Source of the DNA: Candidatus Blochmanniella floridana
Lineage (GTDB): Bacteria; Pseudomonadota; Gammaproteobacteria; Enterobacterales; Enterobacteriaceae
Assembly: GCA_000043285.1 (NCBI GenBank)
Contig: BX248583.1
Span: forward strand, 420,001 to 452,000
Length of the DNA stretch: 32,000 nt
Direction of reading: 5' to 3'
In this document: positions 11,105 to 20,303 of the stretch, piece after piece
Layout: the number at the start of each line of letters is the position of its first letter
Position numbering within the stretch: position 1 is the stretch's first letter
Translations under genes and position numbers: made by a program
Notes under the pieces: generated by a model
Seen by the model: only the letters and a program-made list of their open reading frames with translations
The model's database searches: none
What the model was told of the DNA's origin: nothing

Positions 11105-11533
11105 ATATATCCCGATATTATTGTGTATATTTTTAACAACCAAAATATCAACTATTATAATAAATATTATAATCTTACTGACATGTTAGTACATAAATAT
11201 TTTATTTTAGATTCATCATCACGTATAATAATTATGTATTTTAAACACTTTAATATTAAAATACATAAACAATAAAATTATGTATTAATCATATTAAACG
11301 AAATGAACAATATATAAAATTAATTTATAATATTTGTATACACGCACTAGATTTTTAAAATGTCTTATTGTATTTTTTGTCAAAAAATTTCTATATGAAA
11401 TACAATCACAAAACTTATATTAAATTATTTAAATTAATAAATATTTTAATTCAATTTTATATAATAAAATATGTGTAAAATTTTACATATAAAATACAGA
11501 ACCCAATCCACATATGATACGGAGTATATTTAA
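11105..11533. promoter_or_regulatory. Divergent control region between the receptor gene and the ToxR-like regulator gene
   Basis: 429-bp A/T spacer between two divergent starts. Two copies of the self-complementary octamer ATTATAAT (11154-11161 and 11166-11173, each containing TATAAT) lie about 50-70 bp upstream of the receptor ATG. A perfect 14-bp palindrome TGTAAAATTTTACA (11474-11487) lies 47 bp upstream of the regulator ATG. A GGAG Shine-Dalgarno sits 9 nt before the ATG at 11534. Confidence 0.4.
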
Positions 11534-12172
11534 ATGAAATACATTATTCATTCAAATATAGCTTTTGACACCACAGAATATATTTTAACATCATTACATG
11601 ATTCTCATGCATCAATAAAGTTATCTACTTCTGCTGGAAGAATTTTAGAAGAACTAATTAAAAATCGTAATACTGGATTACCAGTAACTCGTGAACATCT
11701 ATTTACAACAGTTTGGAAAACACATGGATTAGAACCATCTAATGGAAATCTTAATCAACAAGTAAGTCTAATACGAAAAACTTTAACTTTACTTGGATTA
11801 AATTCCTCATCCATCATAACAGTTCCTAAGAGAGGATTAAAAATAAATAACCAATTAATTATAGAAGCTGTTCATAATAACTCTCCCAATCCTCAATCCA
11901 CTGTAAATCCTATAGAAAATCAAATTAATAACACACCGCCATTACCAAATACTATTTTAAAAAATACTATAACATACGTAAAATATATTCTTATTTTAAC
12001 TGCTATGCTAATCATAATTTTTAGCATAGGATTTATATATTTATATAACAAAACAAATAATACTAAACTATATTGCTGTAAAGAAATAAATTCATGCGAT
12101 ATTTGTGACTTTCCAATAATACTAGAATTTACATGTAACAATTACAATGCATTATATTCAAAAACTATTTAA
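11534..12172 (+). CDS. ToxR/TcpP/CadC-type membrane-anchored transcriptional regulator (OmpR/PhoB-type winged helix, one TM helix, short Cys-rich periplasmic tail)
   Basis: 212 aa. Residues about 28-106 fit the Trans_reg_C pattern: IKLSTSAGRILEELIKNRNTGLPVTREHLFTTVWKTHGLEPSNGNLNQQVSLIRKTLTLLGL...IITVPKRGLKI. A P/N-rich linker follows, then one hydrophobic helix YVKYILILTAMLIIIFSIGFIYLY. The 41-aa tail is NKTNNTKLYCCKEINSCDICDFPIILEFTCNNYNALYSKTI. There is no receiver domain, so this is a one-component ToxR-like architecture. Confidence 0.75.
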   Translation: MKYIIHSNIAFDTTEYILTSLHDSHASIKLSTSAGRILEELIKNRNTGLPVTREHLFTTVWKTHGLEPSNGNLNQQVSLIRKTLTLLGLNSSSIITVPKRGLKINNQLIIEAVHNNSPNPQSTVNPIENQINNTPPLPNTILKNTITYVKYILILTAMLIIIFSIGFIYLYNKTNNTKLYCCKEINSCDICDFPIILEFTCNNYNALYSKTI

Positions 12173-12219
12173 ACAAACAACTATTACTTACTAGTATTCA
12201 ACCATGATTTGCACAATTG

Positions 12220-12241
12220 AATGATTATAACAATAATCATT
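12220..12241. terminator. Small A/T hairpin between the convergent regulator and emtA 3' ends (weak terminator candidate)
   Basis: aatgattat-aaca-ataatcatt gives a 9-bp stem and 4-nt loop, followed by attat on the + strand. It is a weak structure and there is no clean U-tract. Confidence 0.2.
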
Positions 12242-12451
12242 ATTATATATACAAAATAGTTATTAAACTTTTTCTTCCTAAAAAAACTGATATATTTCAT
12301 TATCTAAATAAAAAAATTTCATATATTTATAATTACTAATTTTTAATGAATTTCCTATTAAATCTCATCCTATATGTTTTACAATATATTTTTTTCAAAA
12401 GAACAATATATTATCTATAATAATACATCAATTTTATATTTTATAATAAAT

Positions 12452-13117
12452 TTAAAACGCACTTTTTAACATATATACAGAATTAACTTTAGACAAATAA
12501 CGTTGAGCCTGATTAGATGGATGATGATATTTTATATATTGATAAAACTGTTCAGGATTAAGTTGATTAATTTTTGAAATAGCACGAGAACGATCCTCAG
12601 AAAATACTTTTAATAAAGCTCCTAACCCATTAACATATGCAACAATTACAGCATAACGTCTTGTTTTTACATTAATGATATCTTTCAGTTGATTTTGCAA
12701 TATAGACAAATAAACAGTACCAATTTCAATATTAATGACAGCATTTTTTAAATCATTAGTACTAGGTTGACCTTCCCATCCCTTTAAACGATATGCATCC
12801 TTACCAGCAGTATCTGCTTTAATTTGCATTAATCCAATAGCGTTAGATTTACTAATTACAGTAGAATCATAATTAGACTCTACTTGAATAATAGATTTAA
12901 TTAAATATTTATCTACTCCATACATCTGAGAATAACGTTGTATATATATATCATACATTGTTGACAAATCAGCTCGTTTTTGATTGGAAAAATTTTTTTT
13001 AATTTGACAATCATAATTTTTATCCACAAAAGATATATTTGTATTATTTTTTTTATACTGTGAACAACCCCCGCAATTAATTATAATTATAATTATATAT
13101 AAAAAATACAAGTTCAT
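12452..13117 (-). CDS. emtA: membrane-bound endo-type lytic murein transglycosylase (lipoprotein)
   Basis: The track ORF is 12452..13207. The internal ATG at 13117 gives [20 protein letters not shown], a signal peptide with a lipobox-like GGC followed by Ser. [51 protein letters not shown]...[35 protein letters not shown] aligns closely with E. coli EmtA/MltE ([51 protein letters not shown]...). The catalytic Glu is retained. Confidence 0.88.
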   Translation of the reverse strand: [221 protein letters not shown]

Positions 13118-13592
13118 TATGAATGAATAATACCTGAATTTATCTTTTAAAATTCTTATTTTCAGAAAATTACAACATATAAAAATACAATTAAACGTCA
13201 AAATCACACTACAACATTAATCAATATTAAAATAAATTTATACTATGTACTTAATTGATTATTTTTTGTATAATAAACTTTATAAAAATATTTTATCTAC
13301 AGTTTCAACAATTACTAAGATTATATCAAATTCTAAAAACTATCAAACAAAACAATTAAATCATATCAATATAACACATATAATACCATTCCATTATTTA
13401 TTTTAATATCTCAATTATATATTAAATGATTATTCAATAGTTATTTACGAAAAAATTCATTAAATTTCAATTAACCTGCATACATATAATATTTAATAAA
13501 AATAATTAAATATAAATAATTTAATATATAATACATATTTACAATTTTTTAATGATTATTAACAACATCAATTTAACAAAATAATATTAATT

Positions 13593-14702
13593 ATGAAAAA
13601 AGTTATTGTTGGAATATCAGGAGGAGTAGATTCATCGGTAGCTGCGTGGTTATTGCAACAACAAGGATATCTTGTAGAAGGATTATTTATGAAAAACTGG
13701 GAAAACGATGATGAAAAAGAATATTGTTCTTCAGAAGAAGACTTATCAGATGCATGGTCTATTTGCAATACTTTAAAAATACCATTACATACTGTAAATT
13801 TTGCTCAAGAATATTGGGAAAATGTTTTTCAAGTATTTTTACAAGCATATCAATCTGGATTCACTCCCAATCCTGATGTTTTATGCAACAAAGAAATCAA
13901 ATTTAAACATTTTTTGGATTTTGCTCTTGAAGATTTAGGAGCAGATTTTATAGCTACAGGACATTATGTACGTTGTATGAATGTTAAGAAAAAAATAACC
14001 CTTATGAAAGGAATAGATCAAAATAAAGATCAAAGTTATTTTTTATACACATTAAACCAACAACAACTCAAACGATGTTTATTTCCTATTGGTTCTCTGA
14101 CTAAATTAACAGTTAGAAAGATTGCTAAGGAATTAAATTTAATTACAGCAAATAAAAAAGATTCTACAGGTATTTGTTTTATTGGTAAACGTAATTTTAG
14201 AAGTTTTCTCAGTAACTATATAGCAATACAACCAGGAGATATTATTAATATACATGGCAATAAACTAGGTTTACATCAAGGTATTCCATTTTATACTATA
14301 GGTCAAAGAAAAGGATTAAATATTGGAGGTATATCAAATGGTAATGGAAAACCATGGTATGTAGTAGATAAAAATATAACACATAATGTATTAATTGTCG
14401 CACAAGGTATAAATCATCCATGTCTTATGTCTCGGATATTCATTGTACAAAAAATATTTTGGATAAAAGGAAATATTTTAAAATCACCAATACAATGTTC
14501 TGTAAAAATCCGATATCAACAATCAGATGTTCAATGTCAAATATATCCAATCTCAGTTGATACATTAAAAATTATTCTAAAACAACCGGTGACAGCAATT
14601 GCCCCAGGACAATCAGCGGTATTCTATATAAAAAAACACTGTATTGGAGGAGGGACAATTATAAAACGTTTTCCTTTAATACATATTAAAAATTATTACT
14701 AG
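13593..14702 (+). CDS. mnmA: tRNA-specific 2-thiouridylase
   Basis: 369 aa with the PP-loop VIVGISGGVDSSVAAWLLQQQGY. FMKNWENDD, NPDVLCNKEIKF and DQSYFLY are typical MnmA/TrmU blocks. Confidence 0.95.
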   Translation: MKKVIVGISGGVDSSVAAWLLQQQGYLVEGLFMKNWENDDEKEYCSSEEDLSDAWSICNTLKIPLHTVNFAQEYWENVFQVFLQAYQSGFTPNPDVLCNKEIKFKHFLDFALEDLGADFIATGHYVRCMNVKKKITLMKGIDQNKDQSYFLYTLNQQQLKRCLFPIGSLTKLTVRKIAKELNLITANKKDSTGICFIGKRNFRSFLSNYIAIQPGDIINIHGNKLGLHQGIPFYTIGQRKGLNIGGISNGNGKPWYVVDKNITHNVLIVAQGINHPCLMSRIFIVQKIFWIKGNILKSPIQCSVKIRYQQSDVQCQIYPISVDTLKIILKQPVTAIAPGQSAVFYIKKHCIGGGTIIKRFPLIHIKNYY

Positions 14703-14940
14703 TAAGCTATTATTTAATATCACCAATTTAATTAATATAAATTATCATTAACAATAAATATATATTTCATAATAAAATTAAAAATACTTATTATCAACAA
14801 AACATATTGCGCAATTACATAAATAGACATATATTACGTTGAAGATTATAAATTTTAATATTACTAACATAAATGTCATCATATTATATGACAATATATC
14901 GAGTCTATTTTAAGTATCATTATACAATAAATATATAAAA

Positions 14941-16326
14941 GTGAACAAATTTTCTCCATTAACCGCTATTTCTCCAATCGATGGACGTTATTATCATCAA
15001 ACTCATCCACTAAGAAATATTTTTAGTGAATTTGGGTTATTAAAATTTCGCATTCAAATTGAAATTCATTGGATACAAAAATTATCTCATACAATAGAAA
15101 TCACAGAAATACCTGTATTTACTGAAATTGAACTAAATTTCTTAAATAACTTAATTACAAATTTTAATATCACAGACGCAAAACATATTAAAAAAATAGA
15201 AAAAATCACTAAACATGATGTAAAAGCAATAGAATATTTTTTAAAAGAAAAAATAAGTGTTTTACCTGATTTAAAAAAGAAAATCAATGAATTTATCCAT
15301 TTTGCATGTACTTCAGAAGATATTAATAATCTTGCTTACGGTTTAATGATTTCTCATACCAAAAATACTATCATATTACCTATATGGAAAAAAATTATTG
15401 ATATTATTAAAAAAATAAGCATCAAATATAAAAATACTCCTATTCTTTCCAGAACACATGGACAACCAGCTAGTCCTTCTACTCTTGGCAAAGAAACGGC
15501 TAATATCGCATATCGATTAATACGACAATATCATTACTTAAAATCAATCAAAATTTTAGGAAAAATGAATGGAGCAGTTGGTAACTATAACGCTCACATT
15601 ATAGCGTATCCAAAAATAAATTGGAGAAAATTTGACGAAGAGTTTGTTACATCATTAGGAATTTCATGGAACCCATATACTACGCAAATAGAACCACATG
15701 ATTACATAGTTGAAATCTCTAATCGCATTATTCATTTTAATACTATTTTAATTAAATTTAATCAAGATATCTGGGGATATCTTTCTTTAAATTATTTTCA
15801 ACAAGCATATAGTCAATTTGAAATTGGTTCATCTACTATGCCCCATAAAATTAATCCAATAAATTTTGAAAATTCTGAAGGTAATTTGGGTTTATCTAAT
15901 GCTATTTTTAATCATTTTTCTAAAAAATTACCAATATCACGTTGGCAACGTGATTTAAGTGACTCCACCGTACTAAGAAATTTAGGAGTAGCTATTGGAC
16001 ATTCTTTAATTGCTTATCACAATTTATTAAAAGGTATAGACAAATTAATCATTAATGAAAAATATTTGTTACAAGATTTAAATAAAAATTGGATAATATT
16101 AAGTGAAGCTATTCAAACAGTAATGAAAAAATACAACATTCATAATTCTTATGAACGTACGAAAGATTTTATATTCAACGAAAAAGTTAATCCCGATACT
16201 ATAAAAAAATTTATTGAATCTCTACCTTTACCAACATCAGAAAAAACCCGATTGCAACATATTACTCCATCTGAATATATTGGATTAGCTCCGGATATTG
16301 CCAATGATATAATAAAATTTGAATAA
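14941..16326 (+). CDS. purB: adenylosuccinate lyase
   Basis: 461 aa with a GTG start. The N-terminus (M)NKFSPLTAISPIDGRY aligns residue-for-residue with E. coli MELSSLTAVSPVDGRY, so no downstream ATG is needed. The fumarate-lyase signature GSSTMPHKINP is present, as is FACTSEDINNL. Confidence 0.95.
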   Translation: MNKFSPLTAISPIDGRYYHQTHPLRNIFSEFGLLKFRIQIEIHWIQKLSHTIEITEIPVFTEIELNFLNNLITNFNITDAKHIKKIEKITKHDVKAIEYFLKEKISVLPDLKKKINEFIHFACTSEDINNLAYGLMISHTKNTIILPIWKKIIDIIKKISIKYKNTPILSRTHGQPASPSTLGKETANIAYRLIRQYHYLKSIKILGKMNGAVGNYNAHIIAYPKINWRKFDEEFVTSLGISWNPYTTQIEPHDYIVEISNRIIHFNTILIKFNQDIWGYLSLNYFQQAYSQFEIGSSTMPHKINPINFENSEGNLGLSNAIFNHFSKKLPISRWQRDLSDSTVLRNLGVAIGHSLIAYHNLLKGIDKLIINEKYLLQDLNKNWIILSEAIQTVMKKYNIHNSYERTKDFIFNEKVNPDTIKKFIESLPLPTSEKTRLQHITPSEYIGLAPDIANDIIKFE

Positions 16327-16428
16327 TAATTATATATTCAATGACAAAATACAACTATATGTTATACAATACTATTAAATATTACAACTTTAATTAAACT
16401 TCTTCATAATATACACATGCAGATGAAA

Positions 16429-17679
16429 TTATTTCAATATTCGACTCAAATTAATTTTTTTTGTTTTCCATAAAGAAATCCAATTAATCAATAATCCTAA
16501 TAATAATACTATTCCTAATATTATAAACACATCTATACTCTTTAATTGTACAGGTATAAAATCAATAAAATAAATTTCTCTAGGAGAAATATTAATTTCA
16601 AAAAATCTAATTAACCTAGTACTAATATTTTTTAAATTCATAGATATATATATACCTATACTAGATCCTAAAATACTAGCAATACAATAAATAAAAAAAC
16701 CATACCACAAAAATATAGATTGAATTAACATATCTCGAGCACCCAGTACTCTTAATATTGCAATATCATAATTTTTATTTTTTATAGACAAAAATAAAGT
16801 AGTAATTACACTAAAACAAGAAATTGCTATAATTAATATCATTGATAAATATATTATTATCCGAACAATTTGAATATCTCTATAAATATATCCATAAATA
16901 TCCATCCAACTATGTACTTGAATATTTTCATTTTCACGTATTTTACATTTTATTATTTCTATAATACGACCAATATCAAAAGCATTATTGACTGAAAATT
17001 CGATTCCATCAATATCTAATTTATTATTAGAATATTTTTGAATATCCGAGAAAGATATTATAGCTAAATTATTATCTAATTGACTATGTAATTTTAATAT
17101 TCCAGACACCTGTACATATGCTTTTTTAAGCAACAATAATCTCTTTTCTGAATGAAAATTATTAGCAAATAAAATAGTAATCCAATCTCCTTCTCGAATA
17201 TTTAATGCAATTGCTACTCCTTCCCCTAAAATAATTTGATTTTTATGTTCACAAAAATATTTCCAAGATTTTTTTTCTATAAAATTAATCAATGTATGAT
17301 TATATATATTGATATTATTTGATAAATCTATACTTTTAATATAAACTACATGCCATTGATTATTATACTCAATCACTCCAGACAAACGAATATAAGGATT
17401 AGTATAAATAATATTAGGTATCTTCTTAATACAATTTAATATTTTCTTCCAATTAACAAACGAAATATTAGCTGATTTAGTAATTTCTCCATGAGGTACA
17501 ACAGATAAAATACGATGATTTAACTCAAATTCAAATCCATTAATTATACTTAACACAAGTATAGCCGTAGAAATCCCAATAGCAATAATAATAATAGAAA
17601 TAAAAGATATTAAAGATATTAATGTATTTCTTTTAAAACTTTGATGAAAACGCAACGCAATTCTTAAAGAAAGTATCAT
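16429..17679 (-). CDS. lolE: lipoprotein-releasing ABC transporter permease LolE
   Basis: 416 aa. LRFHQSFKRNTLISLISFISIIIIAIGISTAILVLSIINGFEFELNHRILSVVPHGEI matches the E. coli LolE start (...[24 protein letters not shown]). It is the third gene of the lolCDE order. Confidence 0.9.
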   Translation of the reverse strand: MILSLRIALRFHQSFKRNTLISLISFISIIIIAIGISTAILVLSIINGFEFELNHRILSVVPHGEITKSANISFVNWKKILNCIKKIPNIIYTNPYIRLSGVIEYNNQWHVVYIKSIDLSNNINIYNHTLINFIEKKSWKYFCEHKNQIILGEGVAIALNIREGDWITILFANNFHSEKRLLLLKKAYVQVSGILKLHSQLDNNLAIISFSDIQKYSNNKLDIDGIEFSVNNAFDIGRIIEIIKCKIRENENIQVHSWMDIYGYIYRDIQIVRIIIYLSMILIIAISCFSVITTLFLSIKNKNYDIAILRVLGARDMLIQSIFLWYGFFIYCIASILGSSIGIYISMNLKNISTRLIRFFEINISPREIYFIDFIPVQLKSIDVFIILGIVLLLGLLINWISLWKTKKINLSRILK

Positions 17680-17705
17680 TTTATAATAAAATTATATACA
17701 TATAT

Positions 17706-18413
17706 TTATATTGTACTAATCTTTAACATACCATTTGATACAATATAAATCTTATGACATTTTTTAGCTAAACTTAAATCATGAGTTGCTATTACAAAAG
17801 TTGTTCCATACCACAAATTTATTTTTTCTAATAATTTAAAAACATTATTTGAATTACTCTCATCTAAATTACCAGTAGGTTCATCAGCCAACACTAAAGG
17901 TGGATTGTTTATAATTGCTCGAGCTACAGCGACTCTCTGACTTTCTCCTCCAGAAAGTTCGCATGGATAACGATCACATAAATTATTCAACCCAATTAAC
18001 TCTAATATAAATTGAGCTTTATGTTTAGCTATAGCAAATTTTAATCCCTTAATCAATAATGGCATTGCAATATTTTCTAAAACAGAAAAATCTGGTAACA
18101 GATGATGAAATTGATATATAAATCCTATAGATGTATTACGCATAATTGAACAATCTTTATCAGATAACTTATTTAATGCACGACCTTCTAAAAATACATC
18201 TCCTGAAGTAGGTTTATCTAATCCTCCCATGATATGTAATAAAGTACTTTTCCCTGACCCAGATGCTCCTATTATTGCTATAATTTTATTATATTCTATA
18301 GACATAGTAATACCGTCCAATACTGTTATCGAAAAATTTGAATATTGATACCGTTTTATTATATTAGAACAACATAATATCGGCGGAATATCATTAATAT
18401 TTTTATTGACCAT
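17706..18413 (-). CDS. lolD: lipoprotein-releasing ABC transporter ATPase LolD
   Basis: 235 aa with Walker [45 protein letters not shown] (nearly identical to E. coli LolD), the signature LSGGESQR and Walker [13 protein letters not shown]. Its start overlaps the lolC stop by 11 nt (18403-18413), which suggests translational coupling. Confidence 0.95.
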   Translation of the reverse strand: MVNKNINDIPPILCCSNIIKRYQYSNFSITVLDGITMSIEYNKIIAIIGASGSGKSTLLHIMGGLDKPTSGDVFLEGRALNKLSDKDCSIMRNTSIGFIYQFHHLLPDFSVLENIAMPLLIKGLKFAIAKHKAQFILELIGLNNLCDRYPCELSGGESQRVAVARAIINNPPLVLADEPTGNLDESNSNNVFKLLEKINLWYGTTFVIATHDLSLAKKCHKIYIVSNGMLKISTI

Positions 18414-19620
18414 GACGTAATACCTGAGCAGGATATATGGACGATATATACCAAGCAGGATACAATATAATTAATACTATGAATCCACAAATCATCAAAC
18501 TTATATTGAATATTTGAATAAATGGTATCTCTATAGGAAAATATAAATTTTCAGAAAAAATATTTAGCAAAAATAATATTTGGTTTAGTTTTTTTGCTAA
18601 ACATACTCCTAACCCCACACCACATATTATACCTAATACACCACTACTTACACCTTGTATTATCAATAATATTACTATTTGCAGTCTATTAAATCCATAT
18701 GTTTGTAAAATCGCTATTTCTTTATGTTTTTCTGTGATCAATAGAACCAAAAATGCAATAATGTTACCGCTTACCGTGACTATCATTAAAATAAATAAAA
18801 AAAACATAACATTTTTTTCCATTTTTATAGCTTGAAATAAAGAACCTTTATACTTACGCCAATCTGTCCATATCCAATCCTTAGGACATTGCCATTGCTC
18901 CAATTTACTTACTTTAAATGGCTCATCTATCCATATTCTCCACCCCGTAATATTTTGAGGAGGATAATTTAATAAAACTGCAGCATCATTTTTATGTACC
19001 AATACTTGACAAGAATCAATTTCATCATTACTAGAATGATAAATATCTAAAATTGTAAACAAACGTTGAATAGGAAAACAACCAATAGGTGTATTGTAAT
19101 GAATAGATGGTACAGTTAAACGAATTTGGTCATGTATATTGACCGATAATTTTTGAGCTAATGCAGAACCAATAATAATATAATATTTGCCAGAAATTAA
19201 CTGACTGACATTATGATGAATTAAATAATCAAATAATGGTTCAAAATGATTAGGATCAACTCCAAACATCATTCCCAATGATATCGATTTAGAACTTTGT
19301 AAGATTATATCAGAAAAAATCAAAGGCTTAATATATGTTATATTATTTTTTATTGCAGGTAATGATAAAAAATCAGGAATATTTTTACTATTTATATATC
19401 CTTGAGTAGAAGTAACTACCACATGTGGAATCAAATATAAAAGATTTTTTTTTAATTCACTTTCAAAACCATTCATCACCGACAATATTATAATCATTGC
19501 TGACATACTTAACATTATAAATATACTAGAAACCCAATAAATACACTGATTCAATCTATTTACTGTTTTTCCATATATATAACGCGATGCAACAAATAAC
19601 ACAACTAATAGCATATGCAT
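18403..19620 (-). CDS. lolC: lipoprotein-releasing ABC transporter permease LolC
   Basis: 405 aa. [28 protein letters not shown] and [22 protein letters not shown] align with E. coli LolC ([50 protein letters not shown]). Confidence 0.92.
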   Translation of the reverse strand: MHMLLVVLFVASRYIYGKTVNRLNQCIYWVSSIFIMLSMSAMIIILSVMNGFESELKKNLLYLIPHVVVTSTQGYINSKNIPDFLSLPAIKNNITYIKPLIFSDIILQSSKSISLGMMFGVDPNHFEPLFDYLIHHNVSQLISGKYYIIIGSALAQKLSVNIHDQIRLTVPSIHYNTPIGCFPIQRLFTILDIYHSSNDEIDSCQVLVHKNDAAVLLNYPPQNITGWRIWIDEPFKVSKLEQWQCPKDWIWTDWRKYKGSLFQAIKMEKNVMFFLFILMIVTVSGNIIAFLVLLITEKHKEIAILQTYGFNRLQIVILLIIQGVSSGVLGIICGVGLGVCLAKKLNQILFLLNIFSENLYFPIEIPFIQIFNISLMICGFIVLIILYPAWYISSIYPAQVLRHGQ

Positions 19621-19736
19621 ATACGTATTTACTATTAAAAATTATTTTAACGATAATTCAAGTAAGATAACTATTAAAACATTGATCTAATACATCAAAA
19701 ATCAAAATTTATAAATTGAAATTTCGACACTTTAAA

Positions 19737-20303
19737 TTAAAAACGATGACACGTTTGTATAAAATCATCAACAACACATAGAATTTCACCTGTACTCGAT
19801 AATATTAATTGCAATTTTATATGAGGTATTTTGAAATCTCCTTCAACAACCCCATAAATTATATAATCCGCCTGTAAATAATTTGCTATTTTCATAGCAA
19901 ACTCATAAGCATGTTCATGATCTTCTACAGAAACCTCTAACTCTCGATATATTTGATATAACTTATCTAAACTAATAACAGTATATTTATGAAATCTTTC
20001 TTCAATTAAACTAATCAAAATATTTGTAATTTTTATTATTGGTAATATTCCATTTGTATTGTTTTGAAAAATGTTTATTAACACAACTTCATCATAAATA
20101 AAATCATCAAAAAAAACTACCTTTTGTAACATATTCGATAAGATTATTCTCCAATTGCAAAAATCAACTGTACAATTAATTTCTGATGATTCATTTAAAT
20201 TAATAGATGCCGCCACGACTAGATCATATCTAATAATAATACAATTGAAAAATATTAAATAAAAAAACAAATATATTATTCTCTTTTTTATAGTAAAATA
20301 CAT
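19737..20303 (-). CDS. lpoB: divergent penicillin-binding protein 1B activator LpoB (YcfM)
   Basis: 188 aa. VVLINIFQNNTNGILP...YTVISLDKL...AMKIANYLQADYIIYGVVEGDFKIPHIKLQLILSSTGEIL aligns with E. coli LpoB VLLVDSVNNRTNGSLN...FTLVSAQQL...AIGIARNVGAHYVLYSSASGNVNAPTLQMQLMLVQTGEII. Its position next to hinT matches E. coli hinT-ycfL-lpoB. Confidence 0.7.
   Translation of the reverse strand: MYFTIKKRIIYLFFYLIFFNCIIIRYDLVVAASINLNESSEINCTVDFCNWRIILSNMLQKVVFFDDFIYDEVVLINIFQNNTNGILPIIKITNILISLIEERFHKYTVISLDKLYQIYRELEVSVEDHEHAYEFAMKIANYLQADYIIYGVVEGDFKIPHIKLQLILSSTGEILCVVDDFIQTCHRF

Noticed and set aside
11920-12141. 73-aa minus-strand ORF
   Set aside because: It is antisense to the TM and tail part of the ToxR-like regulator gene. 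It is the mirror image of a hydrophobic segment and has no start context.
12226-12244. Fur-box-like 19-mer tataacaataatcattatt (15 of 19 matches to GATAATGATAATCATTATC) near the receptor locus
   Set aside because: It lies between two convergent 3' ends, not in a promoter. Fur-box consensus is itself A/T-rich, so near-matches are expected by chance in this composition. It doubles as a small hairpin. The receptor looks copper-type rather than iron-type.
12346-12420. 24-codon hydrophobic small ORF (MNFLLNLILYVLQYIFFKRTIYYL) downstream of the regulator, considered as a possible ToxS-like partner or small membrane peptide
   Set aside because: It has no Shine-Dalgarno sequence, and its composition is what AT-rich DNA yields by chance. 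It is far shorter than ToxS, TcpH or PsaF. Without conservation data it cannot be supported.
13568-13768. 66-aa minus-strand ORF
   Set aside because: It overlaps the strongly conserved PP-loop start of mnmA on the opposite strand, so it is an artefact.
14806-14815. 10-bp palindrome ATTGCGCAAT, a GC island in the mnmA-purB spacer, considered as a PurR-type operator
   Set aside because: It is a poor match to the PurR box (ACGCAAACGTTTGCGT pattern), and it is short and single-copy. It may be a fossil of the lost hflD region.
15087-15287. 66-aa minus-strand ORF
   Set aside because: It is antisense within purB, with low-complexity K/F/I composition.
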